A stretch of 33,953 bases of DNA, from the IMG/VR virus record IMGVR_UViG_3300030330_004825, positions 1 through 33,953 of that record; one strand, given 5' to 3'. A program made the translations under genes and the position numbers. Source of the DNA: a virus. Its lineage: Duplodnaviria > Caudoviricetes. The notes below the pieces were generated by a model. It worked only from the letters and a program-made list of their open reading frames with translations, was not told the origin of the DNA and did no database searches. Positions 25,835 to 33,953 of the stretch are shown here, piece after piece (position 1 is the stretch's first letter; every line of letters starts with the position of its first letter).

Positions 25835-28666
25835 ATGGCTGTGCTCGACGATTTCGTTAAAATATTTCAAGAAGAAACTAAACCAGAGATGTCTGAACTT
25901 GCCGCATCTGATTATTCTTTATATAACAAAAATGGTGAAATAGCGCCATATAATCCAGATACATTAGTTGGTAGAAAAGGCCTTTATATGTACGACCAGA
26001 TGAGGATTGATGATCAGGTAAAAGCTTGCTTAACTCTTAAAAAGTTTGCAACTTTAGCTCCTAGTTTTCAGATTATACCTGCCTCGGATGATAGTCAGGA
26101 TATAGAAGTTGCTGAGTTTGTAGAATATTGTTTCGAAAAGATGCAAGGAAATATGACTGACACAGTTTTAGAAATTATGACAGCCTTGGACTTTGGTTAT
26201 TCAATATCCGAAATAAATTATAAAGAATTTGACACGGGAATCCACAGAGGTAAAATAGGGCTTAAAAATATCAAAACTAAACAGCCTCATTACTATCAGT
26301 TTGTTATAGATGAATACTCTAACCTTTTAGACGATGGTATTTTATACCAGGGCAGGGGTTTAGAAGAACGATATCCAATTAATAAATTTATAATATTTAG
26401 TTATCAAAAAGAGTTTGGCAATCATTATGGAACATCAGATTTAAGACCTGCTTATCGAGGTTATTGGTCAAAAGATGTCCTTATAAAAATGTGGAACATT
26501 TATTTAGAAAGATTCGCTAACCCAACAGTTTTAGGGAAGTATAAAACTAATGATCCATCTGCAAGAAACTCTTTAAGAAATATTTTAGATAACCTTACTG
26601 CTAAAACATCTATTACTCACAGGATGGATGAATTTGACATCCAGCTTTTGGAATCTGGTAGAAATGCAACTAACGACTTTGAAAGAGCGCTTAATTTTTA
26701 TAATAAATCTATTGCCAGGTCTATTCTTATTCCAGATAGACTTATGGCCGAGGGTGACACTGGCGCTTATGCGCAGGCCAAAATACACTTTGATGTTTTT
26801 CTATTTGTTATACAAAAACTCAGGTTAGATATCGAAGAGAATGTGATGCAACAACAATTAATAAGAAGATTAGTTGCATATAATTATTCTAATGTTGAGA
26901 GTTTGCCGATGTTTAAGTTCAACCCTATGACAGACGAACAAAAATTCCAGCTTAATAGTTTGTTTATAGATGCAGTTCAAAAAGGTGTTATATCACCTAC
27001 TCTTGAAGATGAAAACATACTTAGACAGAATCTTAACTTCCCAGAAAAAGATATTGAGCCAGACACACCAGAAAATCAAATAACAGAAGAGGCCGACGAG
27101 GAAGAGATAGCAGATATTTCAGAAAACAGTTATTCACAAGTTGATCTAAGGCCGACAAAAGAAATGCAGGCAGAAGGCGAGAGAGCTTTAGAATGGAGGA
27201 GAGAGTTTGGTAGAGGCGGAACTGAGGTAGGAATAGCTAGAGCTGCTCAACTTAAAAATAGAGAAAATCTTTCACCTAGCACTGTTAAACGTATGAAAAG
27301 CTTTTTTGCTAGGCACGAAGTTGATAAAAAAGCAAAAGGTTTTCGAGTAGGCGAAGAGGGCTATCCTAGTAATGGTCGCATAGCTTGGTCTATGTGGGGC
27401 GGAGATGCTGGTCAAAGATGGTCAAATTCTAAAGTGGATGAGCTAGAAAGAAAAAGCGCCAGCAATCAGCAAGACGCAAAAGAATATCAATCCGCACGAG
27501 ACAAAACCTTACAAAATAAAGTTGATAAGCATAATGAAAAATATGGAAACACAAAAACTAAAAAAACAAATTTAAGGACACTTCGTTCTGTGTATAATCG
27601 TGGGATTGGAGCCTATAGAGGGAATCCCAGTAGCGTTAGGCCAACAGTGACTTCTAAAGAGCAGTGGGCTATAGCTAGAGTTAACTCTTATCTTTTTGCT
27701 TTACGCAACGGCAGATTCCGTAGCGGCAAGCACGACACAGACTTATTTCCTAAAGGACATCCTTTATCTAGTAAAAAAAAAACTAACTCTTATCAATATA
27801 GACCAAGTGGCGCTGAGAGAAGAGTCAACTTTAAAAAAATAGCTAATGATCTAGAAACTCTCGAAACTAGGTTTTTAGATCAGGCTAGAAAAGTTATGCT
27901 TAAACAACAAGATGGTGTGATAAAATACGTTGAAAATAAAATGAAAAAACAAGCTTTAGACTTCAAAGCAGTCGAAAACTTAGAGCTTAAAAATAAAGGT
28001 GAGCTTAAAACAGTTTTTCAAGATGGGTATAAAGCATCTTTTGATGTAGGCAAGGAAACTGCTGACAAAGACCTTCCTAAAAATTTTGCAACTGCCGACG
28101 TCGGTGTTGGTCTGTCGACAGCTGAGTTAGAATCCTATTTATTAGGCGAAGCTAGGTTCGAAGTGCAGGAAATAGTTAATCAACTTAACCCACGAGTTCG
28201 TCGAGTTTTGCTCGATGGTATAAAAACAGGAAAATCAACTAGCGATATAATTAAAGGTATCACAGGGGCTTTTGCTCCTTTCGTGGCCGATGGAACAGAA
28301 ATATCTGTGAGCACTGGTCGTGAACTAGAGGCTTATAATTTAAGAACTATCACTAGAACTGCTACGTTAGGCGCATACAATTTTGGTCGTAGATCAAGAT
28401 ATGAGGATAAAGATTTAGAGGGTTTTGTTTTAGGTTATAAGGTTTCACCAGTGTTAGATGAAAGAACATCTGATATTTGTAATCAGATAGCCCTAGATAA
28501 CGTGCAAATTAAAATAAACGATAAAGAATCTATATCTAGATTAACACCACCGCTACACTATAATTGCAGAACTATTTTAGTCCCTCTTACACCTGAAGAT
28601 GAGCCAATAGCTTTTTCTAATCAGGAGGTTTTAGGTAAAATAAAAGGTCTAGTGAAGGTTGTATGA
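25835..28666 (+). CDS. Portal (DUF935/Mu gp29-like) fused to two inserted domains and a C-terminal MuF head morphogenesis domain
   Basis: GYSISEI, YG.S.LR..Y, W..YLERFA.P..LGKY and G.YA.A.IH portal motifs; C-terminal DERTS.IC and PPLHYNCR MuF motifs; single 943-aa frame. Confidence 0.88.
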   Translation: MAVLDDFVKIFQEETKPEMSELAASDYSLYNKNGEIAPYNPDTLVGRKGLYMYDQMRIDDQVKACLTLKKFATLAPSFQIIPASDDSQDIEVAEFVEYCFEKMQGNMTDTVLEIMTALDFGYSISEINYKEFDTGIHRGKIGLKNIKTKQPHYYQFVIDEYSNLLDDGILYQGRGLEERYPINKFIIFSYQKEFGNHYGTSDLRPAYRGYWSKDVLIKMWNIYLERFANPTVLGKYKTNDPSARNSLRNILDNLTAKTSITHRMDEFDIQLLESGRNATNDFERALNFYNKSIARSILIPDRLMAEGDTGAYAQAKIHFDVFLFVIQKLRLDIEENVMQQQLIRRLVAYNYSNVESLPMFKFNPMTDEQKFQLNSLFIDAVQKGVISPTLEDENILRQNLNFPEKDIEPDTPENQITEEADEEEIADISENSYSQVDLRPTKEMQAEGERALEWRREFGRGGTEVGIARAAQLKNRENLSPSTVKRMKSFFARHEVDKKAKGFRVGEEGYPSNGRIAWSMWGGDAGQRWSNSKVDELERKSASNQQDAKEYQSARDKTLQNKVDKHNEKYGNTKTKKTNLRTLRSVYNRGIGAYRGNPSSVRPTVTSKEQWAIARVNSYLFALRNGRFRSGKHDTDLFPKGHPLSSKKKTNSYQYRPSGAERRVNFKKIANDLETLETRFLDQARKVMLKQQDGVIKYVENKMKKQALDFKAVENLELKNKGELKTVFQDGYKASFDVGKETADKDLPKNFATADVGVGLSTAELESYLLGEARFEVQEIVNQLNPRVRRVLLDGIKTGKSTSDIIKGITGAFAPFVADGTEISVSTGRELEAYNLRTITRTATLGAYNFGRRSRYEDKDLEGFVLGYKVSPVLDERTSDICNQIALDNVQIKINDKESISRLTPPLHYNCRTILVPLTPEDEPIAFSNQEVLGKIKGLVKVV

Positions 28667-28839
28667 CAGCCACTAATTCGATAGCCTCATACACTCAAAA
28701 TCACTTATTTGCAACACAAATTAAAAATAATGCATTTAGATGTTTGAAATGCAACAAATTATTAGCTAAAATAAACTCTAAGGGACTTCTCGCTGGACAA
28801 ATAAAATGTCCAAGGTGTGGTCAGATAAATGAGGTTTAA
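28663..28839 (+). CDS. Mu Com-like zinc-ribbon protein (58 aa), not in ORF track
   Basis: ...FRCLKCNKLLAKINSKGLLAGQIKCPRCGQINEV matches the Com pattern RC..CNKLL...I.CPRC; ATGA overlap with the portal stop. Confidence 0.8.
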   Translation: MTATNSIASYTQNHLFATQIKNNAFRCLKCNKLLAKINSKGLLAGQIKCPRCGQINEV

Positions 28840-28841
28840 GG

Positions 28842-30560
28842 ATGCCATTTAAAACTGAACATGCTGCAAGAATCCAAACCACTTCTGGTGTGACAAATAT
28901 TAGAAGGGTAAAAGGCCTCGATGACGGTGTAAGTGCCATAGTTGGGACTAAAAACGGAAAGGGTGTTGAAGTCAGCATCCGATTCGACAAAACGAAGTTC
29001 TCAGAAACTCGAGCAAAAAAATGGCTTGAGGATAATAATTACAAGCCAATAAAATTTGAACCAGCTATTTCTGGTCAGGGAGATTACAAAATGCCTTATC
29101 ACACAGATAAAAAAAAGAAAGAGAAGGACATGATGGAGGAAGAAGAAAAAGAAATGGAAATACCAAATCCTAATTCTCCAGATAAAATGCAAAAAGAAAA
29201 ATATGCAATGGATGACCTCTACACCAATAGAGAAGAAGCAGAAAAAGCTGCTCCAGCTATGGGTTTAGAAGGCTCTCACACTCATCAACATAGAATAGAT
29301 GGAGAAAATGTTGAGTTCTTTATGCCTGGTAAAAATCATGAAGAGTATCTAAAAGCTAAAGCAGAAATGGAAGCTAAGCAAAATGAAGATAAAGAAAAAG
29401 ATATGATGGATAAAGACAGAGAAGAAAAAATGGAAGATGAAGATAAAAAGATGGAAGATGAGGATGAGAAAGAAAAGAAAATGTCTAAAGGTGAAGATTG
29501 CGATTGTGATAATGATATAGAAGTTTGTGATGATAGTTGCGAAGATGATCCTAAAAATTATGATTATAATCAAACTTTTAATATAGATGGCGTTGAAATT
29601 TTCTCCACTGGTGTTTGGAATGGAGATAAATATGCCAAAAAAGATTTAGAGGCTATGGTGACTAACTTTGGTAAAACAGGGTTTGAGCCGCCTATTAAAT
29701 TAGGTCATAATGAAGACCAACCAGAAATGAAAGATGGCGAGCCAGCATTAGGCTATATAGACAAAATATATACTGCTGGCAACAAATTATTAGCAGATTT
29801 TAAAGAAATTCCACAAGTTTTATACGATGCTATGAAGCGTGGAAATTATAAAAGAGTTAGTTCTGAGATTTATTGGAACTACACAAACAATGGCTCTGTA
29901 CTTGATAGAGTTCTGAAGGCTGTTGCTATACTTGGCACTGAGATTCCAGCGGTTACAAATCTTGAAGCAATCGAGAATCTGTACGCAAAATCTGATGAAA
30001 GCCAGGGCGAAACTAAACTATATTATTCACCCAAGGAGAGTGAGCTTATGGAAAAAGATATTACGAAAGAATATCAAGCTTTACAGGATAAAATTAAATC
30101 CTTAGAAAAAGCTAATGCCGTAGCAAACGAGGAACTCGAAAAATCACGCACAGAGAAAAAAGAAGCATTGATCAGCCAATTTATTTCTGAGCAGAAAAAA
30201 GAAGGTAAAATATTACCATCATTCGAAAAACAACTGTTTGCGCTTTTAAGTTCCACAACTGATAAAAAAGTTTATAGTTACTCAAAAGATGATGAAACTA
30301 TAGAATTATCACAAAGAGAACTTTTACAAGAAGTAGTTACTAAACTACCAAAATTAATTGAGTTTGCAGAGATATCTGCAGAAGGCGAGTTTATTATCGA
30401 TAGACAACCTTATAATAGAGCAGGGGACGAAGTTGATAGAAGAGCCCAGCTTTATATTAAACATGGCAAAGTTGAAAAGTATGAAGACGCTGTCAGGTTG
30501 GTTTTAAAAGAAGATAAAGACCTACACACAGAGTATGCAAACGAACAAGTACAAAAATAG
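28842..30560 (+). CDS. Capsid maturation protease/scaffold (Mu gpI-like) with long N-terminal extension
   Basis: VEIF.TG.W, PIKLGH, PALGYI, YKRVSSEI and AVAILG...PAV..L motifs; C-terminal coiled-coil scaffold. Confidence 0.8.
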   Translation: MPFKTEHAARIQTTSGVTNIRRVKGLDDGVSAIVGTKNGKGVEVSIRFDKTKFSETRAKKWLEDNNYKPIKFEPAISGQGDYKMPYHTDKKKKEKDMMEEEEKEMEIPNPNSPDKMQKEKYAMDDLYTNREEAEKAAPAMGLEGSHTHQHRIDGENVEFFMPGKNHEEYLKAKAEMEAKQNEDKEKDMMDKDREEKMEDEDKKMEDEDEKEKKMSKGEDCDCDNDIEVCDDSCEDDPKNYDYNQTFNIDGVEIFSTGVWNGDKYAKKDLEAMVTNFGKTGFEPPIKLGHNEDQPEMKDGEPALGYIDKIYTAGNKLLADFKEIPQVLYDAMKRGNYKRVSSEIYWNYTNNGSVLDRVLKAVAILGTEIPAVTNLEAIENLYAKSDESQGETKLYYSPKESELMEKDITKEYQALQDKIKSLEKANAVANEELEKSRTEKKEALISQFISEQKKEGKILPSFEKQLFALLSSTTDKKVYSYSKDDETIELSQRELLQEVVTKLPKLIEFAEISAEGEFIIDRQPYNRAGDEVDRRAQLYIKHGKVEKYEDAVRLVLKEDKDLHTEYANEQVQK

Positions 30561-30570
30561 GAGATAAATT

Positions 30571-30930
30571 ATGTCAGATAAAACAATGATAACAATGATC
30601 GCAAATGAAGACCTTGACACAGCTCAGTATAAACTTGTTAATGTCGATGGCGATAATGGTGTTAAATTAAGAGTCGCAGCTGGAGCTCCAGGACTTGGTA
30701 TCTTAGATAACAAGCCAAAATCAGGTGAAGGCGCAACTGTTATAACACAAGGTGTTACTAGAGCCTTTGCTGGAGCAGCAGTTACAGCTGGGCAATTTTT
30801 AACATCAACTGCTAGTGGAACATTTACTAACGCTACTAGTGGACAATATATAATGGGCAAATCCATCACAGGTTGTGCATCAGGAAGTTTATTCCTGCTA
30901 GATGTGCAGCATAATGGATATAGAGGATAA
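30571..30930 (+). CDS. Capsid decoration/cement protein
   Basis: 119 aa, Gly/Ala-rich, GIL.NKP..GE.ATV...G....AGAAV.AG motif; directly before the MCP. Confidence 0.75.
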   Translation: MSDKTMITMIANEDLDTAQYKLVNVDGDNGVKLRVAAGAPGLGILDNKPKSGEGATVITQGVTRAFAGAAVTAGQFLTSTASGTFTNATSGQYIMGKSITGCASGSLFLLDVQHNGYRG

Positions 30931-30952
30931 AAAAATTTAAAGGAGATAAAAA

Positions 30953-31900
30953 ATGCCAATAGTATCAAGAGACGTACATATTGATAGACCTTTGACAAAC
31001 CTAGTCGTTGGGTTTGAGCCACAAGGAACAATAGTACAAAATTTTTTACCGATCATAAATGTTAATAAACAAAGTGATCTATATTTTAAATACGACAAAG
31101 GTGACTTCTTTAGATTGCCAAGCACAACAAGAAGAGCGCCTAAAACTAAAGGTAGAACAGTGTCATTTAATGTTTCATCTGAAGCTTATTTTGCAAAAAA
31201 TTATGCTTTAGTAGATGAAATGGATTATGAAACACTAGTTAACCAAGATGATCCGTTAGACCTTAGAGCTAAATCAGCAAGAAATCTTGTTAATTTACTT
31301 ATGCTAGACATGGACAATAGAGTTGCATCTCAAATTCGTTCCGTATCTAATATGGGAAGTGGAGCAACTGTATCATCTAAATGGAGTTCTAAAACAGCTG
31401 GAACAAGTGATCCTTTCGGAGACATTGCAACAGGTAAAAACTTCATTAGGTCAAGCACAGGTTATGACGCTAATACAATCATCTTTGGTAGAACAGCGTA
31501 CAATGCTTTATTAAAACATGCTGATATTCTAGATAGAATTAAGTTTGTACAAAGAGGTGTTGTAACTTCTGATTTATTAGCTGCTCTATTCGATGTTGAA
31601 AATGTCTACATTGGAAGCTCTATCATCAATGGTGGAGAAGAAAATCAGGCAGACTCTTTCACAGACGTTTGGGGTGGAGACACTATTATCGGAAGATTTT
31701 CACCAGCTGATGCTGATGGTCGTGATCCATCTTTAATGTATGGATTCAGATGGACTAACCCACTTTTCGGTGCTCCTATGGGTGTCGAAACTTGGTCTGA
31801 TCCTGACCACAGAAACTTTGATAATATCAGAGTTCAGTATTACCAGGACGAAAAAATTACAGCAAAAGAATTAGGCTATGTCCTAAAAGATTGTGTGTAA
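30953..31900 (+). CDS. Major capsid protein
   Basis: HIDRPLTN, LP.I.V.KQSD.Y, W......SDP..DI and N.I.FG...Y.AL..H motifs; 315 aa. Confidence 0.88.
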   Translation: MPIVSRDVHIDRPLTNLVVGFEPQGTIVQNFLPIINVNKQSDLYFKYDKGDFFRLPSTTRRAPKTKGRTVSFNVSSEAYFAKNYALVDEMDYETLVNQDDPLDLRAKSARNLVNLLMLDMDNRVASQIRSVSNMGSGATVSSKWSSKTAGTSDPFGDIATGKNFIRSSTGYDANTIIFGRTAYNALLKHADILDRIKFVQRGVVTSDLLAALFDVENVYIGSSIINGGEENQADSFTDVWGGDTIIGRFSPADADGRDPSLMYGFRWTNPLFGAPMGVETWSDPDHRNFDNIRVQYYQDEKITAKELGYVLKDCV

Positions 31901-31906
31901 ATTAAT

Positions 31907-31940
31907 ACTTAGGGGGACTGCTTCTGTAGTCCCTCAAGTT
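31907..31940 (+). terminator. Hairpin after the MCP (terminator or 3' stabiliser)
   Basis: GGGGGACTGC-TTCT-GTAGTCCCTC stem-loop extended by ACTT/AAGT; weak U tract. Confidence 0.6.
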
Positions 31941-32070
31941 AAACCCTCTAAATTAAAAACTAATACCGATGTGCAACTCGCACAAATTAGAAAATATCAA
32001 AAAGAACAAAAAGCAAAAAGAAATTTTTGTTTATTCACAAAAATTAGTATATATTAAATAAGTAAAGGAC

Positions 32071-32134
32071 GTGCAAGGGATGCAAGATGATTGCTAAGCG
32101 CAGAAAGCTAGGTGACTAGCACTACCCTTTGCAC
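32071..32134 (+). ncRNA. Candidate three-way-junction RNA upstream of the HNH gene
   Basis: GTGCAAGGG/CCCTTTGCAC closing stem, GCAA-GATGA-TTGC and GCTAG-GTGA-CTAGC (GNRA) hairpins. Confidence 0.5.
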
Positions 32135-32143
32135 AGATTGCCT

Positions 32144-32674
32144 ATGAGTGACAGAGAAAGGTGGCGACCAACGCAGTATCCAGATTATATGGTTTCCGAT
32201 AAAGGAAGAGTTAAATCTTTAAAACTTTATAAAGGAAAACACTTTCGCATATTAGCACAAAACCCAGATAAAGACGGATATATGTCTGTGACTTTATATC
32301 CCAATAAAAAATATATCAAGAAAAAAGTACATAGATTAGTGGCAGAAGCATTTGTACCAGGTCGAACTAAATTAAAAAAATATGCCTGTCATAAAGATGG
32401 TAATAATCAAAATAATCATTGGTCTAATTTGAAATGGGCAACACCAAGAGAAAATGTCCTAGATATGAAAAAACATGGTACCAATAAACAGTGGTGGACA
32501 TCTGAAAGAAATGTTGCTAGAAAATTAAAACTACAATCAATAAAAAGAATTAAAAGGATCCTCAAAGAGGATAAATCGTGGGGCATACAATCTAGGCTTG
32601 CTAGAGAATATAATGTAGCGCCTAAAACAATAAACGATATAAAGAGAGGCAAAAATTGGAAAGATGTAATTTAG
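32144..32674 (+). CDS. NUMOD4-HNH homing endonuclease with C-terminal HTH
   Basis: W.....P.Y.VSD.GRV.S (NUMOD4), VHRLVAEAF, HKDGN..NN...NL.W.T..EN; ATG 32144 or TTG 32129. Confidence 0.9.
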   Translation: MSDRERWRPTQYPDYMVSDKGRVKSLKLYKGKHFRILAQNPDKDGYMSVTLYPNKKYIKKKVHRLVAEAFVPGRTKLKKYACHKDGNNQNNHWSNLKWATPRENVLDMKKHGTNKQWWTSERNVARKLKLQSIKRIKRILKEDKSWGIQSRLAREYNVAPKTINDIKRGKNWKDVI

Positions 32675-33953
32675 ATATAGCTATTTTTTGTGCAGGGATG
32701 GAACTTAATCCGAAAACACTTCAAGATAAATCTTTAGGAGGTAGTGAAACCGCAGGTGTTTCTATGGCACATGAGCTTGCTAAATTAGGCCATCATGTGA
32801 TTTTATTCTGCAACACTAATGAAGAAATTATGCACGATGGTGTTAGATATTTGAATGTTGACAAATTTGAAGCCTATGTTAGCTCCTGTCCTCATGATGT
32901 TTTTATAGGGCAAAGAATCCCAGATATTTTTCGTGCTAAATTAAAAAGTAAAATAAATATTTTATGGCAGCATGATGTTGCTCAAAAAAGCCAGAGAGCG
33001 TCTTTTCATGGTTGTTTGTGGAACTTAGATAAAGTTTTTTGTCTTAGTGATTGGCATATAGATCAATATAAAAGTATTTATAATATTGATGATGATAATA
33101 ATTTATTTTTTAAGACTTCTAACGGCATAAAACTAATTCCTAAACCTAAAGAAAAAAATAGGCAATCAAAAAGGCTAGTCTACACTAACAGACCTGAAAG
33201 AGGTCTTGACAATTTATTATTTAATATTATGCCAATCTTGTGGAAAGCCGATCCAGAGATAGAGTTATGTCTAGCAGGCTATGATAACACACATCCAGAT
33301 ATGGCGGCTTTTTATAACCAGTGCTACGCTAAAGTTGCTGAATATAAAAGCCAGGGATTCAAAATTGCGCATCTAGGAGCTTTAAACAAAAAAGAGTTGT
33401 ACGAGCTATATAAAACCTGTCAATTATATGTTTATCCCACGGCATTTCACGAAACAAGTTGCATAACGGCTATGGAAAGCCAGATGTGTGGTGTTCCCAT
33501 GATTACATCGCATTTGGGAGCTTTACCAGAAACTTTAGATCATAAAGGCAATAAATTAATTTTTGAAGATTACAAAAGAAATGAAAATTATAACAAAGAA
33601 TTTGCAACTGCTGTACTAGACCTTTTAAATAATCCAAAAGAAGTTGACAAAATGCGTGAGGTCTGTTATGAAAAAGCAAAAATTTATGACTGGTCTAATG
33701 TTGCCAAACAATGGGATAAATTATTTATAGATATTTTTAAAGAAAAAACAGCTAATAAAAATAGACTAGCCAAGCATCTTTATGAAAGAGAAGATATTAT
33801 GGCGCTATCAGAGTTAAATAGAGGCGATTTAGCGCACTCAGATGATTTAATCGACCATTATAGCTATATTAATGATAAAGAGGCTTATTTGGCTAAATAT
33901 GTGGCTCTGGGAGAGCAATACGCAGAAAAAGAGGATAATATAGGCCTACGAAG
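32656..33953 (+). CDS. 5' part of the origin-spanning fusion: GT4 (GT-B) glycosyltransferase, not in ORF track
   Basis: I translated an open frame from TTG 32656 (SD GAGAGG) to the end: LGGSETA, LAKLGH.V, W.HD, RPERGL and ETSCITAME (EX7E); it continues into 2-1663, 953 aa total. Confidence 0.9.
   Translation, partial: MERCNLDIAIFCAGMELNPKTLQDKSLGGSETAGVSMAHELAKLGHHVILFCNTNEEIMHDGVRYLNVDKFEAYVSSCPHDVFIGQRIPDIFRAKLKSKINILWQHDVAQKSQRASFHGCLWNLDKVFCLSDWHIDQYKSIYNIDDDNNLFFKTSNGIKLIPKPKEKNRQSKRLVYTNRPERGLDNLLFNIMPILWKADPEIELCLAGYDNTHPDMAAFYNQCYAKVAEYKSQGFKIAHLGALNKKELYELYKTCQLYVYPTAFHETSCITAMESQMCGVPMITSHLGALPETLDHKGNKLIFEDYKRNENYNKEFATAVLDLLNNPKEVDKMREVCYEKAKIYDWSNVAKQWDKLFIDIFKEKTANKNRLAKHLYEREDIMALSELNRGDLAHSDDLIDHYSYINDKEAYLAKYVALGEQYAEKEDNIGLR
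33856..33953 (+). repeat. Terminal direct repeat, right copy
   Basis: Identical to 2-99. Confidence 0.97.

Larger units (their letters stand above)
1..33953. other. Complete circular-permuted tailed phage genome (siphovirus-like tail, Mu-like head genes)
   Basis: Terminal overlap; terminase, portal, protease, MCP, neck, tail tube, chaperone, tape measure, fibres, holin and replication initiator all present; no sheath, integrase or transposase recognised. Confidence 0.93.

Noticed and set aside
31901-32674. Group I intron or IscB/HEARO-type element around the HNH gene
   Set aside because: The flanking MCP and glycosyltransferase genes are intact, the non-coding space is short and mostly AT-rich, and the protein is NUMOD4-HNH with no RuvC motifs
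1-33953. CRISPR array, tRNA genes, alternative genetic code, Mu-type transposition
   Set aside because: No repeat-spacer array or tRNA cloverleaf seen; genes read fully with standard stops; Mu-like genes are limited to head/neck/Com, with no transposase or host-DNA ends

Overview
The window is a complete, circularly assembled tailed dsDNA phage genome. Bases 2-99 recur at 33856-33953, giving a unit length of about 33,854 bp. It is AT-rich, almost entirely + strand, and several protein families resemble those common in aquatic/marine phages. It has a Mu-like head module (terminase, DUF935-type portal, gpI-like protease/scaffold, decoration protein, MCP, gp36/gpG-like neck) and a non-contractile tail. 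The tail chaperone has a -1 frameshift, and there are several paralogous fibre/RBP genes. There is a lysis block without a recognisable endolysin, a replication initiator with internal iterons, and three DNA methyltransferases. I found no integrase, transposase, polymerase or reverse transcriptase. Main observations: (1) Five genes in three sigma70-type early cassettes share a short hairpin plus a 12-13-nt RBS/start box (GGAGAARCAARAT). An intergenic structured element at 25742-25793 carries the exact antisense (ATTTTGTTTCTCC), and the internal deviations in the targets are G-U compatible, so it is a candidate phage multi-target anti-RBS sRNA. (2) A 953-aa GT4 + SAM-methyltransferase + GT2/TPR-like fusion spans the contig ends inside the head module. 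(3) The portal is fused to two extra domains and MuF. (4) There are two further GNRA-capped intergenic RNA structures and an unannotated Mu Com-like zinc finger. (5) CCGG and CGCG appear to be absent (manual scan). All family assignments come from motif recognition by eye, not database searches.
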